From the human T2T-CHM13v2.0 reference genome, Homo sapiens, in NCBI RefSeq assembly GCF_009914755.1, contig NC_060929.1: DNA of 64,000 bases, one strand, 5' to 3'. Under the pieces are notes generated by a model that did not search any database, was not told the DNA's origin, and worked only from the letters and a program-made list of their open reading frames with translations. A program made the translations under genes and the position numbers. The first letter of the stretch is position 1. Every line of letters begins with the position of its first letter. Positions 1 through 13,930 of the stretch are shown one piece after another.

Positions 1-1117
1 GTCTTCCTCTCACTTCCATGTTATTTATCTCTGAGGATGCCCTTCCTCTCTAGGTAAAAAGAATTCATATTACCATTTTTATCCCATGAACTCATTGTAG
101 TCACAGGGTTCAAATAACCCCTCTTCCTGATCTGAAGTCAAGGCCCTATGCAAAAACATTTAGAAATGTGGTGAATCACCTTCAAGTGAGAGTCAGTGAC
201 TACTCTGGAATTTTTGAGTTCATTTTAAAACTCGCATGAGTAACGAGAAAGTCAGTGTCATTCTTTTCTCATTTTTCAAAGCACTGAAACTACACATTCA
301 TATCCCACATAGACAGTGACATTTGCTTTATCCAAAGAAGAAATACTAGATTTTGCTGGGATTTAAATTTCCATGGAGCAAGAAAGTGAGTATTAGGAGC
401 AGACATGTTAAAAAATTTAAGGTTCACTGTGGTTGTGTGAACCATTAGATAGAAATCATATGAGAATTGCCTAAGCTTTAACGAAGTAATCTATGTTGTG
501 CCAAAGATAAAAACTAAGTAATATGTTTTTGAGTGCCTTGTTACATTTTGGGGGCCTATTTTCAGTGGTTCTAAGACATAGTCAATTTAATGTACTGAAA
601 TCATTCTATTTTAACTAAGGTTTATTAAAGCTAAATGCCACATTGTTTCTCTAAAATAAAGCCATATGCTTTTTTCTCCCTATGCTCTGCCAATGAAGGT
701 TATACATTTCTCATCTGTCTTTGTTATTTTCTTAAGGACGTATCTTTTTGTCAGATTATTCTGTTTGTATTCTCCACTTTGATTACTTAAAGAATATCTG
801 AGTTTATGACCATGAAGAGATGATAAGTTTTTAGGATATAATTCATCTTAAATTCACTCTCAACTGTCAGTTTTGGCTTCTAAAAACATTCCACTGAAGG
901 ATTACAGAAAAGGAAAATACGAATACATGCTCATTCCCCTTTGTAAGCTTATATTTAGAGTCAACTGAAAGAAGGCCAAAAGTTATATTTGCAAAATAAT
1001 AATGTGTATGCAAAGATGTTAATAATTAGTGAAGAATGCATATCATACCATGTAAAACAATGTCTTTCCCTTTTTAAAATCCAAAGAGTGAAAAGCCTCT
1101 GTCTGATTCCCAGCTAA

Positions 1118-1498
<381 letters not shown>

Positions 1499-2792
1499 AG
1501 CCCTTTTCTCTCTACTGAAGTGTTACAGAAATTAATCCTTTTGAAAGAGATTGGGATAAAGTGGGAAGGAGAAAAAGGAGCTGACGAGGGGAAACAAGGA
1601 AAACTGGAATTGACCAAGGGCTGGTCTAGCCGGGGAGGCCCAGTTCAGCGCTTCGGTGTTGCAAGCATTGCTCACTATTATGCAGTTGGGCAAATGCTCT
1701 GGTTTTAACAAGCAGCTGCATGTGCATAGGCATGCTGGGGACCATTTCACACTTTTGTCAGGCAGATTTACAAGCAGGCTGCTTCTCATCAGAGCTGGGA
1801 TTTTTGTCTAAAAGAAATTTCAGAGCCAATGGTCCCCATTTTTCTTCCATTTTCTTTCCTGAACAAGATTTTGAACTTCACAATTAGGACTCTTATTCAG
1901 TGCACAAGGGTTTTGGAGGCAACTTCAGGCAACTCCTTAATCCCAGGAAGAACCTGATTCCTTCCTCTCCCTGAGCTTTCTGAAATAACCTGTCATTCCA
2001 CATGTCCTTTTATCCAGGGACATTTTTTGAGTTCTTGACTGGGGTGCTTCTTTTCTCTATAAGATTGTTTAACAGCAGAGACATTCAAAACATCGCTGAG
2101 AACTCAATGTACTGGAACCATATCTAACTCATTCTCGCTTTCAAATGGCAAGAAATGATACAAGATATTTCAGAGCCACTGCCAGCCTCATGTGTCAGGA
2201 GACTGCTGCAATACAATTCATCAAAATAGGTGGAGGCTAACTCCTTCCTTATTTAGGAGAAGTCCAGCATGAATTCTTTATGCCGACATAGGGGTTTATA
2301 GGTGTTTTATTGTTGTGGTCTAAATGCCTGCCAGAAAGTTCTGTGCCTCCCCACCCAAGGCTTATGCACAGTAAGTGGGTTGTGAAACTGCTTAGTATTT
2401 TAGAGTCCTTGAATGTGTATTCATCGAGGTGGGGCTCTCCTGGGAGGACGCCAGGGTCAGGGAGGGACTCTGCCTAGGAAATTCTGCTCCCCCGGGCTGT
2501 GCTGCTTTGCCTGGACTCCCAGCGGTTTTGCTTGAGATCTTTGTTCATTTTATGGCAGAATTCCAGGGCCATTCTGGATCCAGTGGGTTCCTGCAAGCCT
2601 CACATTCATGACTTTACACAGCATAGTCAGATCCAAATTACACAGGCAAATTTATTCTACCTAATACTTTGGTCATACTTCTACTTATTACACAGGGTTA
2701 AGTTAGGATAATTGTGCAAATATTTCTGTTTTTTCCTGCCTGCTTCAAAGGAAGCAAGAGATGAACATTTTAAAAGTCTTTAGATACCCTCA

Positions 2793-2798
2793 AATAAA
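2793..2798 (+). promoter_or_regulatory. Candidate poly(A) signal for the ZNF 3'UTR
   Basis: First AATAAA I find after the stop codon; use is not demonstrated. Confidence 0.35.
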
Positions 2799-2879
2799 AA
2801 TCTTGTGAAAAATCATGGCATTTAATGACTCATAGTTGGTGGTTTAGTTGTTTTACCTTATTAACCAAAATGACAAAAA

Positions 2880-3120
2880 CATCAAATAGATGTTGAGTTT
2901 ACTGTGGGTCAGGCACTGTGCTAAGTGCTTCATATATGTTACATTATATACATCTCATGTCAAGCCTACAGATGGATATCATTATCTTTATTTTACAGAC
3001 CAGAAAACTGATATTTGGTCTAAATAGTTAACTCAAGGTCACACTGAGCTTGAGTTAAGGAATAGTGAAGGAAGCAAACTCAGGACTGCTGGACTTCCAA
3101 TCCCACACTCATCCATTGCT
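2880..3120 (-). mobile_element. MIR SINE
   Basis: caggcactgtgctaagtgctt...attttacagaccagaaaactga...aactcaaggtcacac is the reverse-strand MIR core. Confidence 0.75.
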
Positions 3121-4260
3121 ATATGTATGCTAGATTTCATCACTAATGTGATTATCCATACTAACACAAATGATCTGACAAATCTGAAACATTTTGTATA
3201 TTATTTAAGTAACTAAGGCAAATGGGAATCTTGCAGTTTTGCTGCTGGTTTGGGTTTAACTTAGACCGAGGTGAAAACAAGCTTGAAGTGGACAGTGTTA
3301 GGTTTTTCAAAAGACACTTCTGCATTTTGCTGATGTTCAGAAATCAAGTAGCAGGGAATATAAAAAATTCTGGCCTCAACTATGAAATGAGTTGCCACTC
3401 AGGTCATAATAAGTGACTTTTGAGTATGACAAAATTAAAAATTAAAAACCCAGCATCCTTATGTGTATGAAGCATTAAGTCAGTGAGCTCTTGAAGTGGT
3501 TGAAAAGAATGAGTTCTTGTAGAAATCATCGCATCCACAGGGAACTGTGAGCCAGCTTGAGACACATCAAGGTACTGAGTATGGAGATTCCACGATGGCT
3601 TCACCTTGGCTGGCCTACAAATGTTCCATGGAATTAAATCTGGAGCAAGCTCAGTTATGATGACATCAACCCAAGAGTTCTGGTCTATTATCAAAGCAAG
3701 TCATTGAAGTCTCTCTATTAATGGGAAAGAGCTCACCTTCTCTGCCAATGGCCCTCCCGCAATGAGTTCACATCCGTGCAGCTCTTTGTAACTCTCAAAA
3801 TAAAATAATTTCTTTAACAATGCTTGGCATCTCCATGAACTATGAATTCAAACCTTGAAATAGTTCCCGTAGATACTGTTTTAGATTATAAAGAGCAGAT
3901 ACTAGATGAAGGTACTTGGAAGTCTACACTAACCCAGGCCATTATTGGTGGGTGTGGGATGTAATGCTCTTACAGGCATCAACAACAATGCAATTTCCTC
4001 ACCATTCTGTTACTTGGCACTGCACAAAGTTTAACTGAATTCCCCTCTAGTTGAAGTTATAGGAGGAATTCCAGGATCTCTTGATGCTCATTTGCATTCA
4101 ATTAACGTCAATCTTTTAGGGTCTGTCCTACCAGAAGGGGGCTGAAAAAGGATGTTCTAGTCAGGGGCATGGAGAGGGGAAATCTCTTACTCTTAGCGAG
4201 CATATCAGTCTCTCAGATCCATTATGGGGGGTCTTTAGATGGCTTCATTATAGTATTTCC

Positions 4261-5762
4261 TTTTTTAAAACTTTTATTCTAGGTTCAGGGATACATGTGT
4301 AAATTTGTTATATAGGTAAACTGTGTGTCACGGGGGTTTAGTGCACAGATTATTTCATCACCCAGGTAATAAGCATAGTATCTGATAGGTAGTTTTAAAA
4401 ATCTTCTCCCTCCTGCCTCCTTTCACACTCTTCCCTAAAGTATGTCCTGGTATCTGTTGTTTCCCTTTTCATGTCCATGTGTTTTTGTTGTTTAGCTTCC
4501 CCTTAAAAATGAGAACATGTAGTATTTGGTTTTCAGTTCCTTCATTAGTTTACTTAAGATAATGGCATCCAGCTCCATCTACGTTGCTGCAAAAGACATG
4601 ATCTCATTCTTTTATATGGCTGTGTAGTATTCCATGGTGCATATGTACCACATTTTCTTTATCCATTCTACTGTTGATGGGCATTTATGTTGATTTCAGG
4701 TTTTGCTATTATGAATAGTGCTGTAATGAACATACATGTGCATGTGTCTTTATGGTAGAATGATTTATATTCCTTTGGGTATATACCCCATAATGGAATT
4801 GCTGGGTAGAATGGAAATTCTGTTTTAAGTTCTTCGAGAAATCACCACACTGCTTTCCACAATGGCTGAACTAGGTGACATTCCCACTAATAGTGTATAA
4901 GCATTTCCTTTTCTTGGCAACCTCACCAGCATCTGTTATTTTTTGACTATTTAATAATAGCTATTCTGATTGGTGTGAGATGGTATCTCATTGTGGTTTT
5001 GATTTGCGTTTCTCTAATGAGAAGTGACGTTGAGCATTTTTTCATAGGCTTTTTGGTCATATGTATGTCTTCTTTTGAAAAGTATCTGTTCATGTCCTTT
5101 GCTAACTTTTTAATGGAGTTGTTTTTTGCTCATAGTTTTGTTTAAGTTCCTTATAGATTCTGGATATTAGACCTTTGTTGGATGCATAGTTTGCAGATAT
5201 TTTCTCCCATTCTGTAGGTTCTGTTTATTCAGTTAATAGTTTCTTCTGCTGTGCAGAAACTCTTTAGTTTAATCAGGTGCCATTTGTCAATTTTTGTTTT
5301 TGCTGTAATTGCTTTTGGCATCTTGTCATGAAGTCTTTACCAGGTCCTATGCCCAGAACGGTATTTCCTAGGTTATCTTTCAGGGTTTTTATAGTTTTAT
5401 GTTTTACATTTAAGTCTTTAATCCATCTTGAGTTGATTTTTGTATATGATGTAAGGAAGATGTCCAGTTTCAATCTTTTTCATATGGTTAGCCAGTTATC
5501 CTAGCACCACTTAATGAATAGGGAATCCTTTCCCCATTGCTTATTTTTGTCGACTTCGTTGAAGATCAGATGGTTGTAAGTGTGGAGCCTTATTTGTCAG
5601 CTATCTCTCTGTTTCATTCATCTATTTGTCTGTTTTAATACCATGCAGTATTGGTTACTGTATCCTTGTATCGTAGTTTGAAGTCAGGTAGCATGATGCC
5701 CTCAGCTTTGTTCTTTTTGCTTAAGATTGCCTTGGCTATTTGGACTCTTTTTTGGCTCCATA
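4261..5762 (-). mobile_element. 5'-truncated old primate L1 (L1PA15/16- or L1PB-like)
   Basis: Antisense L1 3'UTR plus ORF2 C-terminus (ORF 5273..5473 [14 protein letters not shown]). Degenerate TSD cattatagtatttcc 4246-4260 / catcatagtattttcc 5763-5778. Confidence 0.88.
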
Positions 5763-5791
5763 CATCATAGTATTTTCCAACAAACTTTACC

Positions 5792-6090
<299 letters not shown>

Positions 6091-6221
6091 CTAACAAGTA
6101 TTTCTAAGTGAGGTCTCAAGGATGGCTCCCTGATGCACTGCTGTAATAGCCTGGGGAACACGAGTCTGAGAATCTTTATGAAAAAAGAAGCTCCTATTGA
6201 TAATCAGGACCATTTGTAAGC

Positions 6222-6240
6222 TATATATATATATATATAT
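6222..6240. repeat. (TA)n microsatellite
   Basis: tatatatatatatatatat. Confidence 0.85.
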
Positions 6241-7107
6241 CAAATAAATATCCAGTCTTCTCCTCTGCAAACCAGGTAACAGCACTTGGTCTTTCTATAT
6301 TCATTTGCTTCTGGCATGAGTAGCACTTCTTCTTTATACTCCTTACTGAGACCAACTCATATGGCTTAAATCCCATATCATGTCAGGGCGGGAAGTCCTG
6401 CCCTTTCCTTCCCCACTCCTGAGAGGTCCTTTCCCTCCTCTGGCAATGGTCCCACTTCCCTTATCATTTATGACTTTCATATTGACTCACTGTCTGGACC
6501 ACTCAAACTGCTGTGCCTGTTTCTGCCAGCCCTGCCTGCTCTCTGTGAGCACTGTGGCAAGATAAGAAAAACGAAGCTTTTCTGCACTTTGAAGAAATTA
6601 CGCAAATGAGAACCAGTGAAATTTCCAGTAGAGGCCAAATTGGGTGCTGTGAAGAGAATATACACCAGGAAAAACACTGCTGGGTTATCACAGGATGGTA
6701 GACCTTTATGCTTAGTTCTTTTAAAATATTGTTATAAAATAGATACACTCATTGAGAAAAGTATAATGAAGTCTTATGTTCCCTACATCCAGGTAAACTT
6801 AGTCGTTGACATCCACTGAGGGTGAATTTGAATGGTTTAAATTCCAACTACTACTATTTTTAATTAAAAGAAAGAGGAAGGTGGCAGGAAGGGGTTGCTG
6901 GGATCCCAAGATTCCAGGGTATCTCTGACAATGCCTTTCAGTCCTACTTACAGGAACATGAAATTAAGCCAGCATGGACATAAGCTTAACTGAGTGAGAT
7001 AAGAAAGTGAAATCTGCCCTAGGCATCATGGAGCTGGGTCCCATTATTGTTGACACTGATCACCCTAGAGGCCAAGGGTTTTCAGATGTCTTTTAGTTAG
7101 CTGAGAA

Positions 7108-7642
7108 TGTGTTAGGCAAAATAATGGGCCCCAAAGATGTTGACATCCTAGTCTTTAAAACTTGTGGACACAGGAGCTTAAATGGCAAAAGGAAATTTGC
7201 AGATGTGATTAAGGTTATGGACCTTGAGTTGTGGAAACCTTTTTGAGTTCTAAAAAGTAGAAGAAGAAGGCAAAGGGTGGGTGAGAGAGATGGCAGCATA
7301 AGAAAGGTTTAATACTCTGTTGCAGGTTCTGAGCTGCAGGGAGCTACGTGCGAAGGGTAAGAGAAGCCCCTCAGAACTAAGGGCCACCCTCAGCTGAAAG
7401 CCAGCAAGGAAACAGGAGCCTCAGTTCCACAAGCAGAAGTAGCAAAGTAAATTATTTTAAGAACAGGAATGAGCAAGGAAACAGATGGTCCCTCAGAGCC
7501 TCAGAAAGAAACGCAGCCCCGCTACTTTGTTTTGTTTCAGGTGAGCCTAGGATTGAACCCTACAGAACTGTGTGAATATCTGTGTTGTTTAAGCCACTGA
7601 GTTTGTAGTAATTTGTTATGGCAACAACAGACAATAAATGCA
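7108..7642 (+). mobile_element. MaLR LTR (MLT1D/E-like)
   Basis: Starts tgtgttaggcaaaataatgggccccaaagatg; contains gaaatttgcagatgtgattaagg; ends tttaagccactgagtttgtagtaatttgttatggcaac. Confidence 0.8.
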
Positions 7643-8924
7643 AGATGCATCTATGTGGCATAAGGTAGGACCAATAAAATCTCCTATTGATCAGAGGCAT
7701 AGAGCTCTCAAGCCCATAAAAGTTACTGGCTACCTCCACAGCTTGCTTTTTAGCAAGAGAGCAACTAGACAACATTCTGGAGGGGCAGATATCCTTATAT
7801 AAAAACTGGCTCCAAGATTTGCCACCATTGAATACACAACCATTTTGCAGTGTATATAAATTTTGGTTGCAGATTACTGATGTTATGCTAAGGAAAAATA
7901 CTGTCTTTAATATTCTTAATCATAAAGCTGATTCTGTCATATGTACATACTTGTTTTTAAAGTAATAATAAATGGACAAATGCAGCTGAATTATTTGATG
8001 ATTGACTTTTGGCACTAGTAGCCCCATGGCCTTGCCCTGCCCACCTGTCTGTACTAGAAGTCATATTCCTTTCCATGAGCTGCAGAAAGAAGACAATAAC
8101 TGCATAATCTGGAATGGTAGAGTTATTACAGGAACCTCTAAACAAGGCACTGACTGAAAAAATAATCAAAACATCTGAACTCTGGAAATGCACATATGTT
8201 TTGAACAAATTCCAAAATTCTCTTAAGATTTTCACTGGGGCTTTCCTAAGGAGCCATGTACAGATCTAAAAAGTAGCCTGGACCATCAAAATAACTTGCT
8301 TGTAGGGTAGAAAAAGGGTGTTCAAAAGCACCTGATTTGAGGACCAGAGTTCATCTATATTATCAAGAAAGAAACCCACCTTCAATGCCTTCATCTCCCT
8401 CTTTGAACCTTCTGCATCAATTTCCCCATCAAGGTTTCTTCTGCAGTCTCCATTGCCACCTTCTGCCCACCACTGCGCAGTGGAGTCAAAACAGCTCCAC
8501 TGTTTCTGTTGGAGCAAAAACTCGAGTGCTCCATGATCCAGATATTCCTTCATCTCCCCTAATATTCCCTTCAACATTTTGCTGCCTGTATCCCTTTCTC
8601 AAGTTTTCACTAGGTATTTCATTGCAAAGACATCTGAGAAACTCATTTATCCTAATAGGTTCATGGAAGATCACGGTTGAATGTGCTATCTCTTTCAGGT
8701 GATAGTTATTTTAAAAGAAGATTCCTAGAAGTATTACATCTTTATCCAAAGTAATGAAATCCATGTGGTGGAATTTTAGACGGTGGTACTGAAATGGAGG
8801 CTGAGAGGGCATGGGGAGTGAGCCTCTCCTTAACCATTAGTGTGCCTTATCCCACCACACAGACCTTTGCTAACTTTCCATCTGAGTAGGGGCTTCTCTG
8901 ACTATAGGGTATCCATTTATAGCT

Positions 8925-9400
8925 TGTACTGAGGCAAGCTAGTTGCTGCAATAAATAAGACCAAAAGAGTATAATGGCTTAAATAAAATAGAAAATTATT
9001 TCTTGCACTAAAAAGAGCATTGGGCAAGTGAGCAGTTTAGTAAGCTATCCCTTTCTCATAAAATCAGTCAGGGTCCTAGGCTGATGAAGTTTCTATTTTC
9101 AACATTCCATATGAGGCACTCAAAAGTTGCCCTGGTTGTGGGGGAGTCGGGGAAGGGGAGGGCTTTCCTTTCAGCCTTGCCAGAAGAAAAGATCAAGGAG
9201 TTAGCCATTTGGCAGTTTTGTACAGGCCCAGTCTGGAAGAAATGCTCCTCATATCACTAACATTCCTTGGCTGAATCTCAGCCACATGGTAGTGCCTAAG
9301 TGCAAGAAAGGATGAGAACTGTGTTGTTACTGCAGCCGCAGGAAGGAGAGGTGCACACGAATTTGGGGGAATAATTAATGGTGTCTCCAAGCAGCTCAAA
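8925..9400 (-). mobile_element. Old MaLR LTR (MLT1J/K-like)
   Basis: gctagttgctgcaataaataag...aatggcttaaataaaatagaaaattatttctt and cacatggtagtgcctaagtgcaag motifs. Confidence 0.55.
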
Positions 9401-10342
9401 CATGAATCTATTCCTGGCTTCTTGTTCAGGGACCACTTTCCCTCTAATGGAAAATCAACAATATTTGGGCACAAACCTAGGAGGATAAGGCATTGCTCTT
9501 GCCATCAAGGCAGACAAGTTTGGCAAATAAAGGCAAAAAAAGGTGAAACTTTAAAAAATTGTAGCCATTTTCATATATTAGGCATAGGAGCATCACTTCT
9601 TTTTTGGAAGAAAGAATCATTTTATTTGTTTGAGGAAACACTTTTAGGGGTGTTTTGTTATGCGAGGTTTATTCTTGGGTTTAGTCTCATAAATGAGAAG
9701 TCTCATTGGGGCCAAGATGAGAGGGACAATTTTGCAAAAGAATGTGAATAATGAATGGTTGCCTTTGGAGTGGAAAGAGCTCCAACTCCCGGTAATTATT
9801 ATGAAGTAAATTAGTTTTTCATCCTCTGGCTGGAATCTGACAGAAAGAAATTGGAGTTTTGGACTCAGCACAAGATCAAGAGGAACGTCCTCCTATATGA
9901 GAAGGGACTGAAACCATAGCCATAGCAACAGGTCAGCAATACAGACTGAGATGAGACAGCAGGTGGGACTCTGCATTGGGATAAGACTGGTAGACTTAAG
10001 AGCAGTGGTCATTATTACCAAGTTTTAAGTGTTCCTTTTCCGCATTCTAACTCTGAATATTATCTTACGCCCTCAGTACAGTTTTACTATTCACTCTGGC
10101 CTATTATTAGCTATGCCCATGAAACGTCATGAAACATGCAAAAAAGCAGTTAGAAGCAACAGATGGCAAGCAACAGCCAAGGTAGGTACATCCTCTACAG
10201 AAATCCTCAGAGTCACCTGAGGAGAGGACTGGGATTCCTGACATCATCCAACAAGGGTTTGGATCTTGGTGTTTTTTTTTTTTTCTTGTCTAGCAAAGGT
10301 GTATCTGACCATGGAAGGCCAGAGAACATGGATATATGGCTA

Positions 10343-10616
<274 letters not shown>

Positions 10617-12730
10617 CAATGAACAACACAAGACTTAGTGTAATTGTACCAAATGGTGTTATATGGGCTCTACCTCCTGCAGCCAAAGCAGACGGGAGGA
10701 CTGAAGTTGTTAGGAAAACCTCACTGCAGAGGGAAGTTGGAGCTGGCCCTGAAAGGATGAGAAGGTAGAGGCAGCAGGGTCACTAGAGGACACCCCAAGG
10801 AAAAAACCCATAGAAATTGTGGGATACTCCATGAATTGCAGGTTTTGATCTGTTTTGTTTCCACTCTAATTGGCCTGTTTTTCTTTGTAATTCTCTGGGT
10901 TTGTCCACAGGATTTCCTGATAATTTGATAAGGCATGTTATTTTGCCTTAATCTGTTGTATTTTCTAGACCACTATTTCCTAACCAATGTGCCCATTATT
11001 GGTGTGCTAACACATTAATCCTTTTGGCTCTCCAGGCTGTCCTCCAGGGCCTGTGGCGTTCACCTCTGGCTCTAAGCAGCCTCATTGGTGAACACTAGCA
11101 TGTATATTAGCATGTTTTAAATGTACTGTAAAGTGAAACGTGGTGGGACGCTCTGCAGCCTACATGCAGGTAAGTGACATTGACCATGGGGAGGAAAGGT
11201 ACAGTAGCATTCTAGACTGTATGGGATGTGGAATCCAACTGCATGTGGGATCAACTTTTAAAAAATCCTCAAAATTAATGTTTTACTTTCTCTAGTTAAA
11301 GGTATTATTTCTCTTCCTCTCTTTGTTTACTTGCTTCATTTTCTTCTTATATCACCAATGCGGTATTTTCCAGAGAGCTGAAGAACCCAGATGCATAAGG
11401 TGACGAAGCAATTCCATATACCTTTTAGCAATGAAGGATAGAAAGAAAACCCATACATAGCTGGGTTATCAGGGGAGGCTCTGGAGGTATCTAAGAGTGG
11501 CCATGCTGTGTGTGCCGGTTATCTGGAAGCCCAACCAACAATGGGCAGCAGATCAGAGGAACAGCTGGAGCAGGGATGAAGGGCAGGAACAGGGTCTGTA
11601 CACAAGGAAAGAGAGGGCTGTCGACAACAAAAGGATCAGAGCAGTTATGGCTTCATTTCTTTCAAGCCCCTAACTTTCCACAGGTACTAAGGCAAGTCAG
11701 ACAAGTTGTATGCCTTGTCTGTTTTCATTCTGGAGGTCATTGGACAAGATGACCTCTACAGGAATAATGTGGGTGGGCCTAAAGATTAGGAAGTTTATAA
11801 ATCTACCTTTCCCATTTTTGTTCCCATTTTTTTTTTCTAATTTCATTGTCTCACAATCGCATTGTCTCTATCCCCATTTATTCCATTTCTCTTCTCAGAA
11901 GCAGGCTCATTTCATACAACTCTAATAATAAGCACCGTCTAGCCAGAAGAGGGCAGTATTTGGAAGTGTTGAACATAGAAATTCTCATGGTGCAGGCACA
12001 GGCATTAACAGGCTGATGGGTTCTCTTTTTTTCATACGGCTGCAGCGAACTGTAAAAGGAGCATGCATTTCTTCTGAAGTCATATCAAATGATTCCTTCA
12101 TCTCCCCACTCCCAACTTTTTAAAGAAATAATCATAAATATTTAAGATATAAATATCAAGTTGGCTTAATAACAGGTCACATTTTGGCTAGTTTCATGAC
12201 AAACTTACACAGCATATAGAATGCAAATATCCACATACTGTGAACAGAAAGTATATGGTGTATTCAGGCAAAACAGATACTTTGCTTAAAGTATGACTGC
12301 TCCTATTAGGCAGTTGGGAAAGTAGAATTTGCATTCTATCAAGTTTTAAAAAAATTGTGCCAGTTATGACAAGAAAGTGTTAACTGTCTCAATACATATT
12401 TACGGAGGTCCTATGAGGTGTCATGTACTAGCTGGACAATGGAGCGATGTGTTGATGACTTCAACAAGGAGAGACAGTGGGTCTAGATGGTGGCATGGGC
12501 TTGAAAGAAATGACTTTTGAAGAAAGAAGGAAAAGTTCTGAAAAGGGAAAGGAATGAGGACTAAAGAGGGTACCTACTCCATCCCTGGGTCCTGTGGTGT
12601 AGAATATGGGAATCCAACAGTGTCCTCAAAGGACAGCTGAGTTTTAGTTAGATTAAGAAGAATGCTTTCAAACATTTAGAGAAGAAATTGAGGCCATAAG
12701 GCAATAAAGAAAGGGGTTGGGAGTAGAGAG

Positions 12731-12905
12731 CATGGCTGGCTTTCAGAGTGTATAACCTACGTAGTCACACAGAGCCCTGTGCTCAGAAGGGCCCCATGCT
12801 GGTTTTAATGTTTTGCTGATACCATCATGAAATTCTTAATTTTTTTTTTATTAGGAGACGTACATTTTTATTTTGCACTAGGCTCTGCAAATTACACGGC
12901 TGGAG
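12731..12905 (+). mobile_element. MER45A hAT DNA transposon
   Basis: cagagccctgtgctcagaagggcccc...gaaattcttaat...ttttgcactaggctctgcaaattac matches the recalled MER45A consensus. Confidence 0.78.
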
Positions 12906-13399
12906 GTCAGGGAGAAGTTTGGGTAATGTAAGACGAGAGAATTTACAGATCTGTCTATGGATATGAGGCTCCATAATGCTCTGGGAAGCCAGAATTTCTG
13001 GTGGCATTTAAATTAAACGGGGATATAATTCCCATTGAGATTAGTACTGGGGGGTCCTTTAGGGAATGCTTGTTCAGTTCTAACTGAAGCTTCTTTCTAG
13101 GACAAGATGGAGATGTTGACCGGAGGGATGCTGGGAGGGAGGCAGTGTTCAGAGGGCACTTACTATTCTGTGGGTCAGTAACAGGGAGTCTTAAATGGGA
13201 GCATTTGGGGCCTCACTTAGCTTCAGGGGCACTTGGTGCTTAGTCGTTTCCTTTCTAGACTGAAGTGTAAAGTGTGGTGCACGATTAAGGGAGCTTTGGG
13301 AGCCTCCAATCTCACTGTAGGTAACCTTGCATCTGGAAGAGAAGTTGTCTTATCAGAAGTCCTAGAGTCAATCACACATTTCAACGTAGTAAAATGTTA

Positions 13400-13930
13400 G
13401 ACTTTGGTTTTCTGCTTTCTGATTATGATGTATAGCTTAAAGAGCCTTTTCAAGCCTTCCAAAACTATAGTCTCCTAAGTTTCTTCTAACAATTTTTAGT
13501 TTTTATGTTTAGACCTTAACTACCTGACATTTTATTATTATTTTTAGGTGCACATTAGGGATCTAACTTTTTCCCCAGTGAAATTTTCTAGTATAATTTA
13601 TTAGTTTATCCTATATATAAATAGGTTCATTTGTGGATGTTCCATTCTGTTCTTTTGATCTATTTTCCTAAGTCCGCAACAGTATATCACACTGCTTACA
13701 TGATTATATCTTTAGAGTACATTTTTATATTGTGTAGAAAAGTCCAGTTTCTTTTTCAAAGATTTTTTCGGGGGGGGGGGTGGTGCTCTTCTTACTCATT
13801 TTTTCTTCTAGATGAATTTTAGAGTCAAGCTCATCAAACAACATTGAAAAATTCTGCTAGTATATTGATTTGTATTGAATCAAATTGATATATGCTTTTT
13901 AGTAATAATCAGCATCTTTTCGATATGGAC
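13400..13930 (-). mobile_element. Ancient L1M fragment
   Basis: Degenerate antisense ORF2 phrases (ttctgttcttttgatcta, gatgaattttagagtcaagc, attgatttgtattgaat). Confidence 0.55.

Noticed and set aside
3404-3694. 96-aa minus-strand ORF in apparently unique sequence
   Set aside because: No recognisable domain or exon structure; length is within chance expectation.
8266-8702. Overlapping 103-aa and 121-aa ORFs on opposite strands
   Set aside because: Non-ATG starts and no recognisable homology; cannot be supported without a search.
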